From contig JBFMAF010000049.1 in the NCBI GenBank assembly GCA_040755995.1, positions 128,001 to 192,000 of the forward strand: a stretch of 64,000 nt of DNA, given 5' to 3'. The number at the start of each line of letters is the position of its first letter. Positions within the stretch are counted from its first letter, which is position 1. The notes beneath the pieces are model-generated. The model had not been told where the DNA came from. It ran no database searches and was given only the letters and a program-made list of their open reading frames with translations. Of the stretch, positions 29,100 to 37,757 are shown piece by piece. A program made the position numbers and the translations under genes. This DNA comes from Acidobacteriota bacterium. GTDB lineage: Bacteria > Acidobacteriota > CAIWXX01.

Positions 29100-30008
29100 A
29101 TGATCAAGATCGAGCGTTTCTCTAAGGCGTATGGCGACGTCCGCGCAGTCGACGGCCTGACGCTCGCGGTCGAGAAGGGGAGGATCACCGCGCTCCTCGG
29201 CCCCAACGGAAGCGGGAAGTCGACAACGCTCAAGGCAGCCGTGGGACTGGTCAAGCCGTCCTCGGGCCGCATAGTCGTCGACGGGTTCGATGTCGTGACC
29301 GAACGCCAGGCGGCTCTGTCGCGCATCAGCTTCCTGCCGCAGCGCATTCGCTTCCCCGAGTCGCTGAGCGGGCGGGAGGTTCTGCGATTCTACGCGCGCC
29401 TGCGCGGGCTGCCCGGGGACTCCGCGGCGGCAGCCGCCGCTACGACAGGGCTCGACGGCGCCCTCGATCGTCCCGTCGGCGAGTACTCCGGCGGAATGCT
29501 CCAGCGCCTGGGACTGGCGGTTCTCTCGCTGCCGAACGCCCCCGTCCTCCTCCTCGACGAACCGACGGCGGGGCTGGACCCGGCCGGCAGCCGCGCCTTC
29601 CGTGACTGGCTGCAGACCCAGCGCGACGAGGGCAAGACGGTCCTCCTCACCACGCACCGGCTGGAGGACGCCGAGGACCTCGCCGACCAGGTGGCCATCT
29701 TGGTCCGCGGGAAACTCGTTGCAGACATGACACCGGCCGAGGTACGACGGCGCGAGGCCGTCGAGGTGTGGCTCAGGATCATCAACTGGAACGTGCGGTA
29801 CCAGCAGCTTGCGCAGGCGCTCGGCGCCGAGACGCTCTGCGCAGATCCCGGAGGAGACTACGTGTTCGCCGCGCCGGCCGCGCGGGCGGTCGAAATCATG
29901 AACGTGCTGCGTGACGAGGGGGCCGAGATTCTCAGATTCACATCGCGATCCTCCCTCGAGACCTTCTACCACCACATCACGAACGAGGAGCGGTATGAGA
30001 GCAGTTGA
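29100..30008 (+). CDS. nosF: ABC transporter ATP-binding protein NosF
   Basis: GPNGSGKST, YSGGMLQR, LDEPTAGLD; located between nosD and nosL/nosY. Confidence 0.88.
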   Translation: MIKIERFSKAYGDVRAVDGLTLAVEKGRITALLGPNGSGKSTTLKAAVGLVKPSSGRIVVDGFDVVTERQAALSRISFLPQRIRFPESLSGREVLRFYARLRGLPGDSAAAAAATTGLDGALDRPVGEYSGGMLQRLGLAVLSLPNAPVLLLDEPTAGLDPAGSRAFRDWLQTQRDEGKTVLLTTHRLEDAEDLADQVAILVRGKLVADMTPAEVRRREAVEVWLRIINWNVRYQQLAQALGAETLCADPGGDYVFAAPAARAVEIMNVLRDEGAEILRFTSRSSLETFYHHITNEERYESS

Positions 30009-30498
30009 CAGTTGCCAGTTGTCGGTTGTCAGTTGTCAGTTGGCAGTTGTGAGCCGGCGCCTCGCCGGGGCAAGACGCCTGGTATTCGGCATCGTGCTCG
30101 CCGTATGTGCCTTCGCCGGGGCCTGCGGCGGGAGTGCGCCGCAACCGGATCCCATACGTCCCGCAGAGGACTCCTGTGCGTCGTGCCGGATGCAAATATC
30201 TCAGCCGAAATACGCAGCCGAGATACTGGCGCCGGACGGGCAGTACCTGAAGTTCGACGACATCGGCTGCTTCCGCTTCTACCTGCAGGCCAATTCGAAT
30301 CTACAGAACGCGCCGTGCTGGGTGATGGACTTCGAGAACGGACAATGGGTCGAGGCACGCAAGGCCTACTATGCGATCGACACCAAGGAAGTCACTCCGA
30401 TGGGCTCCAACATCCTAGCCTCCTCCACCTCCGACCGCGCCCGAGCGCAGGCCGCCCGCGTCGTCACGTACGAGGAGATGATGGCCGCGGGCAAGTGA
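29995..30498 (+). CDS. nosL: copper chaperone lipoprotein NosL
   Basis: Lipobox AFAGAC, CASCRM, FDDIGC, TPMG. Start is either ATG 29995 or GTG near 30049. Confidence 0.88.
   Translation: MRAVDSCQLSVVSCQLAVVSRRLAGARRLVFGIVLAVCAFAGACGGSAPQPDPIRPAEDSCASCRMQISQPKYAAEILAPDGQYLKFDDIGCFRFYLQANSNLQNAPCWVMDFENGQWVEARKAYYAIDTKEVTPMGSNILASSTSDRARAQAARVVTYEEMMAAGK
30001..30051. repeat. heptamer tandem array (CAGTTGN)x7
   Basis: gcagttgacagttgccagttgtcggttgtcagttgtcagttggcagttgtg. Confidence 0.85.
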
Positions 30499-30671
30499 GA
30501 ATCGGAGAATCGGAGAATCGGAGAAACGGAGAAGCGGGGAATCGGGGAAACGGAGACACGGAGACGGGGAGAGACGGAGACGGGGAGACGTGGACGGGGA
30601 GATCGGGGAGAAGATGAGCACGGAGCATCGAGCAACCGAAACCGGGAACCGGGAACCGGGAACCGAGAACC
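30497..30671. repeat. octamer (GAATCGGA/GAGACGGG-like) and heptamer (GAACCGG) tandem arrays between nosL and nosY
   Basis: gagaatcggagaatcggagaatcggagaaacggaga... followed by aaccgaaaccgggaaccgggaaccgggaaccgagaacc. Confidence 0.85.
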
Positions 30672-30675
30672 ATTC

Positions 30676-31506
30676 ATGATGGCACGCGCTGTTTACGTGG
30701 TTGCGGCGCAGGAGTTCGTCGTGCTGCTCCGCACGCGATGGGTCGGTGGGTTCAGTGTGCTGTTTCTCGTTCTGGTGAGCGGCTTCGCCTGGTTCGGCAC
30801 GGCCAACCTAGGCATTGCCGGCATCCAGGACTTCTCGCGCACGACCGTGAGCCTGGTCAATCTCGTTTGCGCTCTGGCGCCGCTGATGGCGCTCCTGATG
30901 GGTGTCTATGGGTTCACGATCGAGCCGGGGTCCGAGGAGCTGTTGTTCAGCCAGCCGGTCAGTCGAGTAGCCATCCTTGTGGGGAAAGCCTTGGGCCTGT
31001 GCGCAACCCTGTGCCTGTCGACGCTGATCGGCTTCTGCGCAGCCGGGGCCGTCGTTTCATATCGAGTGGGGACGGCTGGGTTGGGACGGTACCTGCTGTT
31101 CATCGGATTGACGCTGCTGCTCCAGGCGGCCTTCGTCTCAGTGGCCCTCCTGATATCGAGCTTCTTCCAGCACCGGCTGCGCGCAATCGCCGCCGGGCTC
31201 GGGACTTGGTTCTTCTTTGTCTTCCTCTACGATCTGCTGGTCATCGGCTCGACTCTGGGGCTGAAGGGGCGCCTATTCCAGCAGGCGCTGTTCATTTCCG
31301 TCTTCTTCAATCCCGTCGACCTTGTTCGCGTGAGTCAACTGGTGGCGCTCAACGGGGCGTCCTTCTTCGGGCCCGCAGGCGCCGCCTGGGTCCGCTTCTG
31401 CGGCGGCGATCTGAGCCTGGTGCTTCTGATCGGCGGAGCCGTTCTGCTCTGGACCATCCTCCCGGCCTGGGCCGGCCTGATCGCATATGACCGGCGCGAC
31501 ATGTGA
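30676..31506 (+). CDS. nosY: ABC transporter permease NosY
   Basis: Six TM segments; RTTVSLVNL, ELLFSQPVSR..GK, FNPVDLVR. Confidence 0.88.
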   Translation: MMARAVYVVAAQEFVVLLRTRWVGGFSVLFLVLVSGFAWFGTANLGIAGIQDFSRTTVSLVNLVCALAPLMALLMGVYGFTIEPGSEELLFSQPVSRVAILVGKALGLCATLCLSTLIGFCAAGAVVSYRVGTAGLGRYLLFIGLTLLLQAAFVSVALLISSFFQHRLRAIAAGLGTWFFFVFLYDLLVIGSTLGLKGRLFQQALFISVFFNPVDLVRVSQLVALNGASFFGPAGAAWVRFCGGDLSLVLLIGGAVLLWTILPAWAGLIAYDRRDM

Positions 31507-31518
31507 CCCAGGTCACAT
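31501..31518. promoter_or_regulatory. CRP/FNR-family-type palindrome ATGTGACC-CA-GGTCACAT
   Basis: Perfect TGTGA-N6-TCACA overlapping the nosY stop, centred about -60.5 from the predicted purC transcription start. Confidence 0.55.
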
Positions 31519-31534
31519 CTGCCCGCGAAGTCGG

Positions 31535-31563
31535 TTGACTCGCTTTGGGTTTTTTCCTACACT
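31535..31563 (+). promoter_or_regulatory. sigma70 promoter of purC
   Basis: TTGACT-17nt-TACACT. Confidence 0.65.
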
Positions 31564-31614
31564 GTCGCAGGAGAGTTGGGACCATCCCGCGACGCGGGGT
31601 GGTTATTTGCTTTT

Positions 31615-32517
31615 GTGAGTGCTACTACAGTCGTAGAAACGAATCTGGCCGGCGTGCGTCTGTTCCGTCGCGGCAAGGTGCGCGACGTTTACGAGCTGCC
31701 GCCGGACCGGCTGCTCATCGTGGCGACCGACCGCATCTCGGCCTTCGACGCCATTCTTCCCGCGCCGATACCCGACAAGGGCGTCGTGCTGAACCAGCTC
31801 TCGCTGTTCTGGTTCGAGTTGATGCGGGCGATCGTTCCGAATCACGTGGTCGAGAGCGACGCAGACCGTTTCCCGCCGCAACTCGCGCCGTATCGCGAGA
31901 TTCTCCGCGGGCGATCGGTGATCGTGCGCAAGGCCGAGGTCGTGCCGTTCGAGTGCGTGGTGCGCGGTTACCTGAGCGGGTCGGGCTGGAAGGAGTACCG
32001 CGCCGGCGGGACCATCGGTGGGGTCCGCATGCCTCCGGGGCTCGTGGAGTCGAGCCGATTGCCGGAGCCCTTCTTCTCGCCCGCGACCAAGGCGGACGTG
32101 GGCCACGACATGAACGTTGATGAGGTGTACATGGACCGCTCGATAGGCGCGGCTCTCACGCGGAGGCTCAGGGAGATCTCGATCGCCATCTATTCCAAGG
32201 CGGCGGCGTACGCTCTTGATCGAGGCATCATCATCGCCGACACCAAGTTCGAATTCGGGCTCGACGTGAATGGGGAGCTGCTGCTGGTCGACGAGGTCTT
32301 AACCCCCGACAGCTCGCGGTTCTGGCCGTCGGCCGAGTATGCTCCTGGCCGTGCTCAGGCCAGCTTCGACAAGCAGCCGGTCCGCGACTACCTGGAAGCA
32401 TCAGGGTGGAACAAGCAGCCGCCGGCGCCTCCGCTGCCCCCTGCTGTCGTCTCCAGCACCCAGGCGCGCTATCGAGAGGCCTACCGCCTGCTGGTCGGGC
32501 GGGAGCTGGGTCCGTAA
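31615..32517 (+). CDS. purC: phosphoribosylaminoimidazolesuccinocarboxamide synthase
   Basis: RGKVRDVY, TDRISAFD, ECVVRGY, IADTKFEFG, DEVLTPDSSRFW, SFDKQ; GTG start inferred. Confidence 0.96.
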   Translation: MSATTVVETNLAGVRLFRRGKVRDVYELPPDRLLIVATDRISAFDAILPAPIPDKGVVLNQLSLFWFELMRAIVPNHVVESDADRFPPQLAPYREILRGRSVIVRKAEVVPFECVVRGYLSGSGWKEYRAGGTIGGVRMPPGLVESSRLPEPFFSPATKADVGHDMNVDEVYMDRSIGAALTRRLREISIAIYSKAAAYALDRGIIIADTKFEFGLDVNGELLLVDEVLTPDSSRFWPSAEYAPGRAQASFDKQPVRDYLEASGWNKQPPAPPLPPAVVSSTQARYREAYRLLVGRELGP

Positions 32518-32540
32518 CTCCAACGGAGGTTCAGTCGATC

Positions 32541-33086
32541 ATGGCCACTGTCGATATTGTCCTCGCCGCCATCGTTCTCGTCACGCTCGTCCTGGGATTC
32601 CTCCGAGGGGTCGCGAAAGAGATCATCTCCCTGGCCATCCTGCTCGTGTCGTTCATCGCGGCGTTCTTCCTCTATCCGAGTGTCGCGTCCCTTGCGGGCG
32701 GGTTCTTCGCATATCCGGAGGCGGCCTCGTTCTTCGCGTTCATGGCCGCCTTCACGGGCCCGGTCTTCATCGGAGGGCTCACCATTTTCATCGTGTCCCG
32801 GCTGACCGGTCCCAGGCAGCTCGCGTTCAGCCACAGGGCGCTCGGCGGGGCGCTCGGAGTCCTGCGCGGATGCGCGGCCGGCATGGTGCTGATCATCGCC
32901 CTGCTGGCGTTCCCCCTTCGAAGCCACCCCCTCGATCGCAGCAGCGTCTTCCCCGCGGTTCTGCGCATGGCGCGCGTCGCCAAGAACATCTTCCCCGAGA
33001 AGATGGCGATCTCGATCGAACATGAGAGCGAACGGATCGGAAAAGCGCAGTCTGAGGAGCCTCCAGATGGACGAAAGCCGAAGTGA
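32541..33086 (+). CDS. cvpA: CvpA (colicin V production) family membrane protein
   Basis: DIVLAAI...LGFLRG..KE and RALGGALG.LRG; purine-gene neighbourhood typical of the family. Confidence 0.82.
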   Translation: MATVDIVLAAIVLVTLVLGFLRGVAKEIISLAILLVSFIAAFFLYPSVASLAGGFFAYPEAASFFAFMAAFTGPVFIGGLTIFIVSRLTGPRQLAFSHRALGGALGVLRGCAAGMVLIIALLAFPLRSHPLDRSSVFPAVLRMARVAKNIFPEKMAISIEHESERIGKAQSEEPPDGRKPK

Positions 33087-33312
33087 GACACGGCGCGTGA
33101 CATTGAAGCACCGGACCGAGAGTCTGGTGCGTGAGATGTTGGAGCGGGGCATCTTCTTCGACGAGGCAAAGAGGGAATTCGAAAAGACGTTCGTGGCCGT
33201 GGCCCTTGACCACGCCCGTCACAACCAGTGCAAGGCGGCCAAGATCCTGGGCATTCATCGAAACACGTTGATCTCGAAGATCCGCCAGCTCGGCCTCAAC
33301 CACAAGAAGTAG
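33067..33312 (+). CDS. Fis-like HTH_8 DNA-binding protein
   Basis: FEKTFVAVAL...NQCKAAKILGIHRNTL; SD GAGGAG before ATG 33067. Confidence 0.85.
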   Translation: MDESRSETRRVTLKHRTESLVREMLERGIFFDEAKREFEKTFVAVALDHARHNQCKAAKILGIHRNTLISKIRQLGLNHKK

Positions 33313-33638
33313 GCACACTGGTGCCGCCGAGGCTCCGGTCATCCGGACGGCGCCGGCATGTCGTCGGGACCGCCTTTGGTTTTGTCCCTTCGTTTCGTTC
33401 CTCGGCACTTGTAAAAAACTATCGACTCAAGTAAAAACGTCTGTGGCTTACCGGGAAGGTGTTCCAGCAGCGCGCCAGAGGCGGGTGAGTTGACGAGTCA
33501 AGATCTTGGGGCGATACGCAGGCGGCAATCATACGGATCGGCATTGACGGAAGCCGGCGGCGGTTGTCCGTTCGCGTCCATGTCGACCTCTACGTTCACG
33601 AACGCGGCCGCATCAGGGGATAGGCCGGTAGCTTGAAT

Positions 33639-35105
33639 ATGTTGGAGACGGGATTCCCGCACCGCGACCTCATGACGAGGCTTTTCGGAGACAACGCCCA
33701 CCTGGTAGGTGGTGTGGTGCGCGATGCCCTGCGAGGCAAACCCACCACCGACTGGGATCTCCTGGTCACCGGCGTGCCGCTCGATGAGATCGTGGAGCGC
33801 CTTCGGCCGCATGGACGCGTCGACTGCGTCGGCAGGAGCTTCGGGGTGATCAAGTTCACGACGGAGCAGGGTGTCGCCGCGCCGGTGACATACGACGTGG
33901 CGCTGCCGCGCAGCGACTTCCTCCTGGACCCCATGACGAGGAATCACAAGAACTTCCGCATCCAATGCGATCCGATGCTCCCGGTCGAGGTGGATCTCGA
34001 ACGGCGTGACTTCCGTATGAACAGCATGGCCGTGCGGCTCTCCGACGGCGTGCTGATCGACCCGTTCGATGGTCGACGTGATATCGAAGAGCGATTGATA
34101 CGCGTGACCAATCCTTCGAGGTTCGCGGACGATCCGCTGAGGGTTATCCGGCTCGCCCGCTTCGCCGCTACTCTCGAGTTCGCCGTGGATGCGTCGCTTT
34201 ACGAGCTGTGCAACGAAGTTCCGCTTGAAGGGCTGAGCGTCGAGCGGATCCGGGACGAGATGCTGAAAATGATGCTCGACGCCAGGAGTCCCGGCACAGG
34301 ATTCCACGAGATGCTGAAGCTTGGAGCGCTCAGGGCGCTCTTCCGCGAGATCTACGCCATGACGCTCTGCATCCAGGACGCGCTGTTCCACCCCGAGGCA
34401 GATGAGTACGGGCACCATACCGTCTTCCACCACACCCTGCTGGTGATGAACCACGCGCAACGGTTGTGCGACCGGGCCGGGTTGGACCGCGGCCGCCGTC
34501 TCGTCATGCTTCTGGCCGCGTTGCTTCACGACGTGGCCAAGCCACAGACGACCGCCTGGGAGTACCGCCATGGACGTTTGTGCCTGACCTCGGTCCGGCA
34601 CGATTCGCTCGGTGCCGACATGGCGGCCCAGTTTCTGAAGCGTTTCCGCATCTTCTCGTATGAAGGGTTGGATCTGCAACGTGCAGTGTGCGGGTTGGTG
34701 CGGACGCATTTGAGGCCGCTGGAGCTGTGGGTCCATCGTCATCAGGTGACGAAGAAGGCGTTTGCCAGACTCGCGGCCGACGTTGACGGCGAGACCGACC
34801 TGCTGGTGCTTCTCGATCAGGCCGACCGCGCGGGCAGGAGCGAATCGCCGGTCGACCAGCTTGACGACCGCGCGCTGTGGCTGAAGGCGCAGTTCGAGGG
34901 TTACCGGATAACGCGCGAGACCCTGAGACCGATGGTGATGGGCCGCGACCTGCTCGAGATCGGGTTCGAGCCGGGAAAGGCCATGGGGCAGGTGCTGAAG
35001 GTGCTGCATGGGATGCAGATCGACGGGCTGTTCGAGACGAGGGAAGAGGGAGTGGCGCTGGCGCCCGAGGTGGCGATGAAACTGTTCGGAAAGGACAGAT
35101 GCTAG
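33639..35105 (+). CDS. cca: tRNA nucleotidyltransferase (CCA-adding enzyme) with HD domain
   Basis: VGGVVRD..DWD, DLERRDF, DPFDG, DDPLR, ERIRDE, HPE, LLHDVAK, MGRDL. Confidence 0.88.
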   Translation: MLETGFPHRDLMTRLFGDNAHLVGGVVRDALRGKPTTDWDLLVTGVPLDEIVERLRPHGRVDCVGRSFGVIKFTTEQGVAAPVTYDVALPRSDFLLDPMTRNHKNFRIQCDPMLPVEVDLERRDFRMNSMAVRLSDGVLIDPFDGRRDIEERLIRVTNPSRFADDPLRVIRLARFAATLEFAVDASLYELCNEVPLEGLSVERIRDEMLKMMLDARSPGTGFHEMLKLGALRALFREIYAMTLCIQDALFHPEADEYGHHTVFHHTLLVMNHAQRLCDRAGLDRGRRLVMLLAALLHDVAKPQTTAWEYRHGRLCLTSVRHDSLGADMAAQFLKRFRIFSYEGLDLQRAVCGLVRTHLRPLELWVHRHQVTKKAFARLAADVDGETDLLVLLDQADRAGRSESPVDQLDDRALWLKAQFEGYRITRETLRPMVMGRDLLEIGFEPGKAMGQVLKVLHGMQIDGLFETREEGVALAPEVAMKLFGKDRC

Positions 35106-35138
35106 TCAGATGACAAGAAGCCCGGGAGCCGCGGCACG

Positions 35139-35822
35139 ATGAACGACATCGTCTCATTGGTCGCGGCCCACCGGTTCAAGATCATCATCGCCGTTCTTCT
35201 GTTGTTCTGCCTTTACCGCGGCCTCAGGCGGATTGTACTATTCGGCCGAGCCGGTTGGAGGAAAGTGGCCCATCGGCCGGGCTATGCAAGCGAACCCCCG
35301 GGGGGTCACTTCTTCTGGGCCTGCATCTGGTTTGCACTGGTCGCCGCGGCCGGCTTCTTGATTGTTTTCGCTCTTGTGCTGGATACTCAGTACGAGCCCG
35401 TTGGTGGAGCAAGCAGGGTGGGAACCCTGACATGCGACGGCAGGTCGGTGCATCTGAAGCCGGCAGAGGCAGGTCGGAAGCCGGCATCGCGCGTCTCCCT
35501 GACGGCCAGGCAGTGGGCGGTCCGCGGCACTTTCCTGACTTTCGGGCAGGCCCTCCAGTATGCCGGTCTGCGTGACTCGCACCGCGTCCAGGAAGTCGTG
35601 GGCAGGGATCGTCCGGCCATCCCGGACGAGGCGCGAGTCCTGGGACGGCTTGCACCGGTCGAGCCCATCTTCTCCTTTATACATCGCTTCGACCGTTACA
35701 TACCCCTCTTGGAAACCAGGGTCGTCACCTCCCCCTATCTCGACCGCGCTCCAGGAACGTGGACCCTGTTCGCCTTCGGAGGAGGCTACTCCTTCGCCTC
35801 CCCCGCCGGTCCACGGAAGTGA
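35139..35822 (+). CDS. hypothetical membrane protein (2 TM)
   Basis: Two hydrophobic helices; its TGA overlaps the ATG of the sigma gene (TGATG). Confidence 0.65.
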   Translation: MNDIVSLVAAHRFKIIIAVLLLFCLYRGLRRIVLFGRAGWRKVAHRPGYASEPPGGHFFWACIWFALVAAAGFLIVFALVLDTQYEPVGGASRVGTLTCDGRSVHLKPAEAGRKPASRVSLTARQWAVRGTFLTFGQALQYAGLRDSHRVQEVVGRDRPAIPDEARVLGRLAPVEPIFSFIHRFDRYIPLLETRVVTSPYLDRAPGTWTLFAFGGGYSFASPAGPRK

Positions 35823-36376
35823 TGATGGACTTCGCCAAAGAAGAACTGTTCGAGAGGATCTTCAAGGAACAGAGCCAGAAGATATTCCGATGGATCTACC
35901 AGCGATGCCGCGACAAAGGGGTCAGCGAGGACATCACTTCCGAGTGCTTCATCCGCACCTTCGAACGCTACTCAGGGTCCGAGACCGATCTGATCCGGAT
36001 TCTCTATCGCGTAGCCGACAACCTGCTCACCGACTTCTTCCGCGACAGGATCCGCCGGGAGCGGCTGACCGGGCGGCTGACGAAGGAGACGAGCGGAGCG
36101 GGTGCGTCATCGCCGGAGCGGGAGGTGGTGGAGCGGGAGGAGGAACACGCGGCGGGCAAGACTGTGCAGCAAGTCAGGCTCATCCTCCAGGATTCCACCC
36201 GGCTCAACGATATGCACAAGCGCTACCTATTCATGCGCCTCTTCGAGAACAAAATGCCGAAGGAGATAGCCGCGGAGCTCTCGACAGACTACATCCAGGT
36301 GAAAAACTACCTGCAGTACGGGCTCAAGATCCTGAAGGAGGAGTTGCAGCGTGCCAGCCGGGCTGGAATGGCTTGA
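35822..36376 (+). CDS. ECF-type RNA polymerase sigma factor
   Basis: Region 2-like SEDITSECFIR...LYRVADNLLTDFFR; region 4-like MPKEIAAELSTDYIQVKNYLQYGLKILK. Confidence 0.8.
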   Translation: MMDFAKEELFERIFKEQSQKIFRWIYQRCRDKGVSEDITSECFIRTFERYSGSETDLIRILYRVADNLLTDFFRDRIRRERLTGRLTKETSGAGASSPEREVVEREEEHAAGKTVQQVRLILQDSTRLNDMHKRYLFMRLFENKMPKEIAAELSTDYIQVKNYLQYGLKILKEELQRASRAGMA

Positions 36377-36510
36377 GGGGAGAATCACGTTGCGGTTGAG
36401 TCAAGTCTTGGGATCGCCATCGCCACAGCCAACGGCGGCGCGTGCCGGTTCGCGATCCCGATCGGCTACGCGTACGGCTACGGGTGCCGTGGCCTCCGGC
36501 CTGGGTACGG
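36371..36510. repeat. mosaic intergenic repeat (5' module of element A/C + CCGGTTCGCGATCCC-hexamer module)
   Basis: GCTTGAGG...GCGGTTGAGTCAAGTCTTGGGA matches 15891/41939; 36445-36487 matches 14859-14905. Confidence 0.7.
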
Positions 36511-36767
36511 CGAAGTGGGTCAACCTTCATTCGCCCGATGCCGCGCCTCGCCCACGGATGAACCGGGTGCCGGGAGCCCGTCAGCCCGCGACTGAGCAGA
36601 TGGACCGGGGTCTCCCCCCTTTATTTTCAATCACTTAGCACGTACGGGCCTTGATGGTGAGATCGGTCACTTGCTTTTTTTCATGCTCTTGTGGCAGGAT
36701 TCCGTTATTAGAAATGGAGTGGTGAGAAGACCTTGTACAGAAGTGGAAATCGAATAGGAGAAGCTCA

Positions 36768-37496
36768 ATGGGTCAGTACTTAGGCCGGTTGGAGAGGGAA
36801 GTCGTATCTGCCAGCCCGGCGGAGTTCGTGTCATCCCGCAGGCTCGGGTGCCCGACGGAAACGGAGCTGCGGGCTTATTCTTTCGGGTATCTGCCATTAT
36901 TCGATCGCATTCGTATGTCCCGTCACGTTCATCGTTGTGTGTCCTGCTACGCGACCACGGTCGAGGTTCGGAATTCGGAGGCCGCGGATCAGATCGAAGA
37001 CATCCCGACAGCGACGATCCGGGCACGCGTTCTCATGGGGCTTGGCGAGCGCGCCCGCGTGGTTCCTTCGTGGTGGAAACGACCCGCAATGGCCCTGGCC
37101 GCCTCGCTGGCAGTGGTCGCCCTGTCCCTCGGCATCTTCTTGCGGCAATCGCCCCAGCACGAGCCTGTGTTCCGCGGCAAGGAGTTCCGAATCCAGGCAG
37201 AGATCTCTCAGAGCCCCGGGAGCGGGATAGAGATCCGGTGGAAGAGCGATCAACAGGCGCAGTACTACAACCTCGACATCTACCGGGCAGATCTCGAGGA
37301 GGTCATCTTCAAGACGCGGTTGGAGGCCACGAAATATCGGCTGTCCGATGCGGAGAGGGCGCTCCTGCGAGCAGGTGAGCGGTACTACTGCCGCGTCGTC
37401 GGGTTCAACGAGTTCAACGAGAAGGTCGCGAGCTCCGAGAGTTTGTCCTTCGCCGTGGATCAGAAGAGCTCGGGCATCCTCGCCGCCACCGAGTAG
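36768..37496 (+). CDS. zf-HC2 anti-sigma factor with TM helix and extracytoplasmic domain
   Basis: HVHRCVSC (HxxxCxxC), TM segment ALAASLAVVALSLGIFL, beta-rich C-terminus. Confidence 0.78.
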   Translation: MGQYLGRLEREVVSASPAEFVSSRRLGCPTETELRAYSFGYLPLFDRIRMSRHVHRCVSCYATTVEVRNSEAADQIEDIPTATIRARVLMGLGERARVVPSWWKRPAMALAASLAVVALSLGIFLRQSPQHEPVFRGKEFRIQAEISQSPGSGIEIRWKSDQQAQYYNLDIYRADLEEVIFKTRLEATKYRLSDAERALLRAGERYYCRVVGFNEFNEKVASSESLSFAVDQKSSGILAATE

Positions 37497-37757
37497 GACC
37501 CCGCCGCCCCCGCGCCCCGGCGCGCACGGAGGCTGGTGGTGTCCTCGCCGGCACAAAGCGCGGCTATACGCTCTCTTCGTAGAGGCATACGCCGGAGTGT
37601 ATCCGCGGCTTGCGAGGGAGCAGTGTGAGCCTGGACTCACCGGCGGCAAGCGATCACGCCCGGCACGTCGAATGTGCTTGCCGCGCATTCCGGTTCTGAG
37701 CTAAGATCCGGCTCTGGTCGGTATGATTTTCCGCTGTTCATCAAAGGAGTCGTCGAC

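Noticed and set aside
30497..30671. Possible CRISPR array
   Set aside because: Units are contiguous 7-8-mers with no unique spacers, and no cas genes are in the window.
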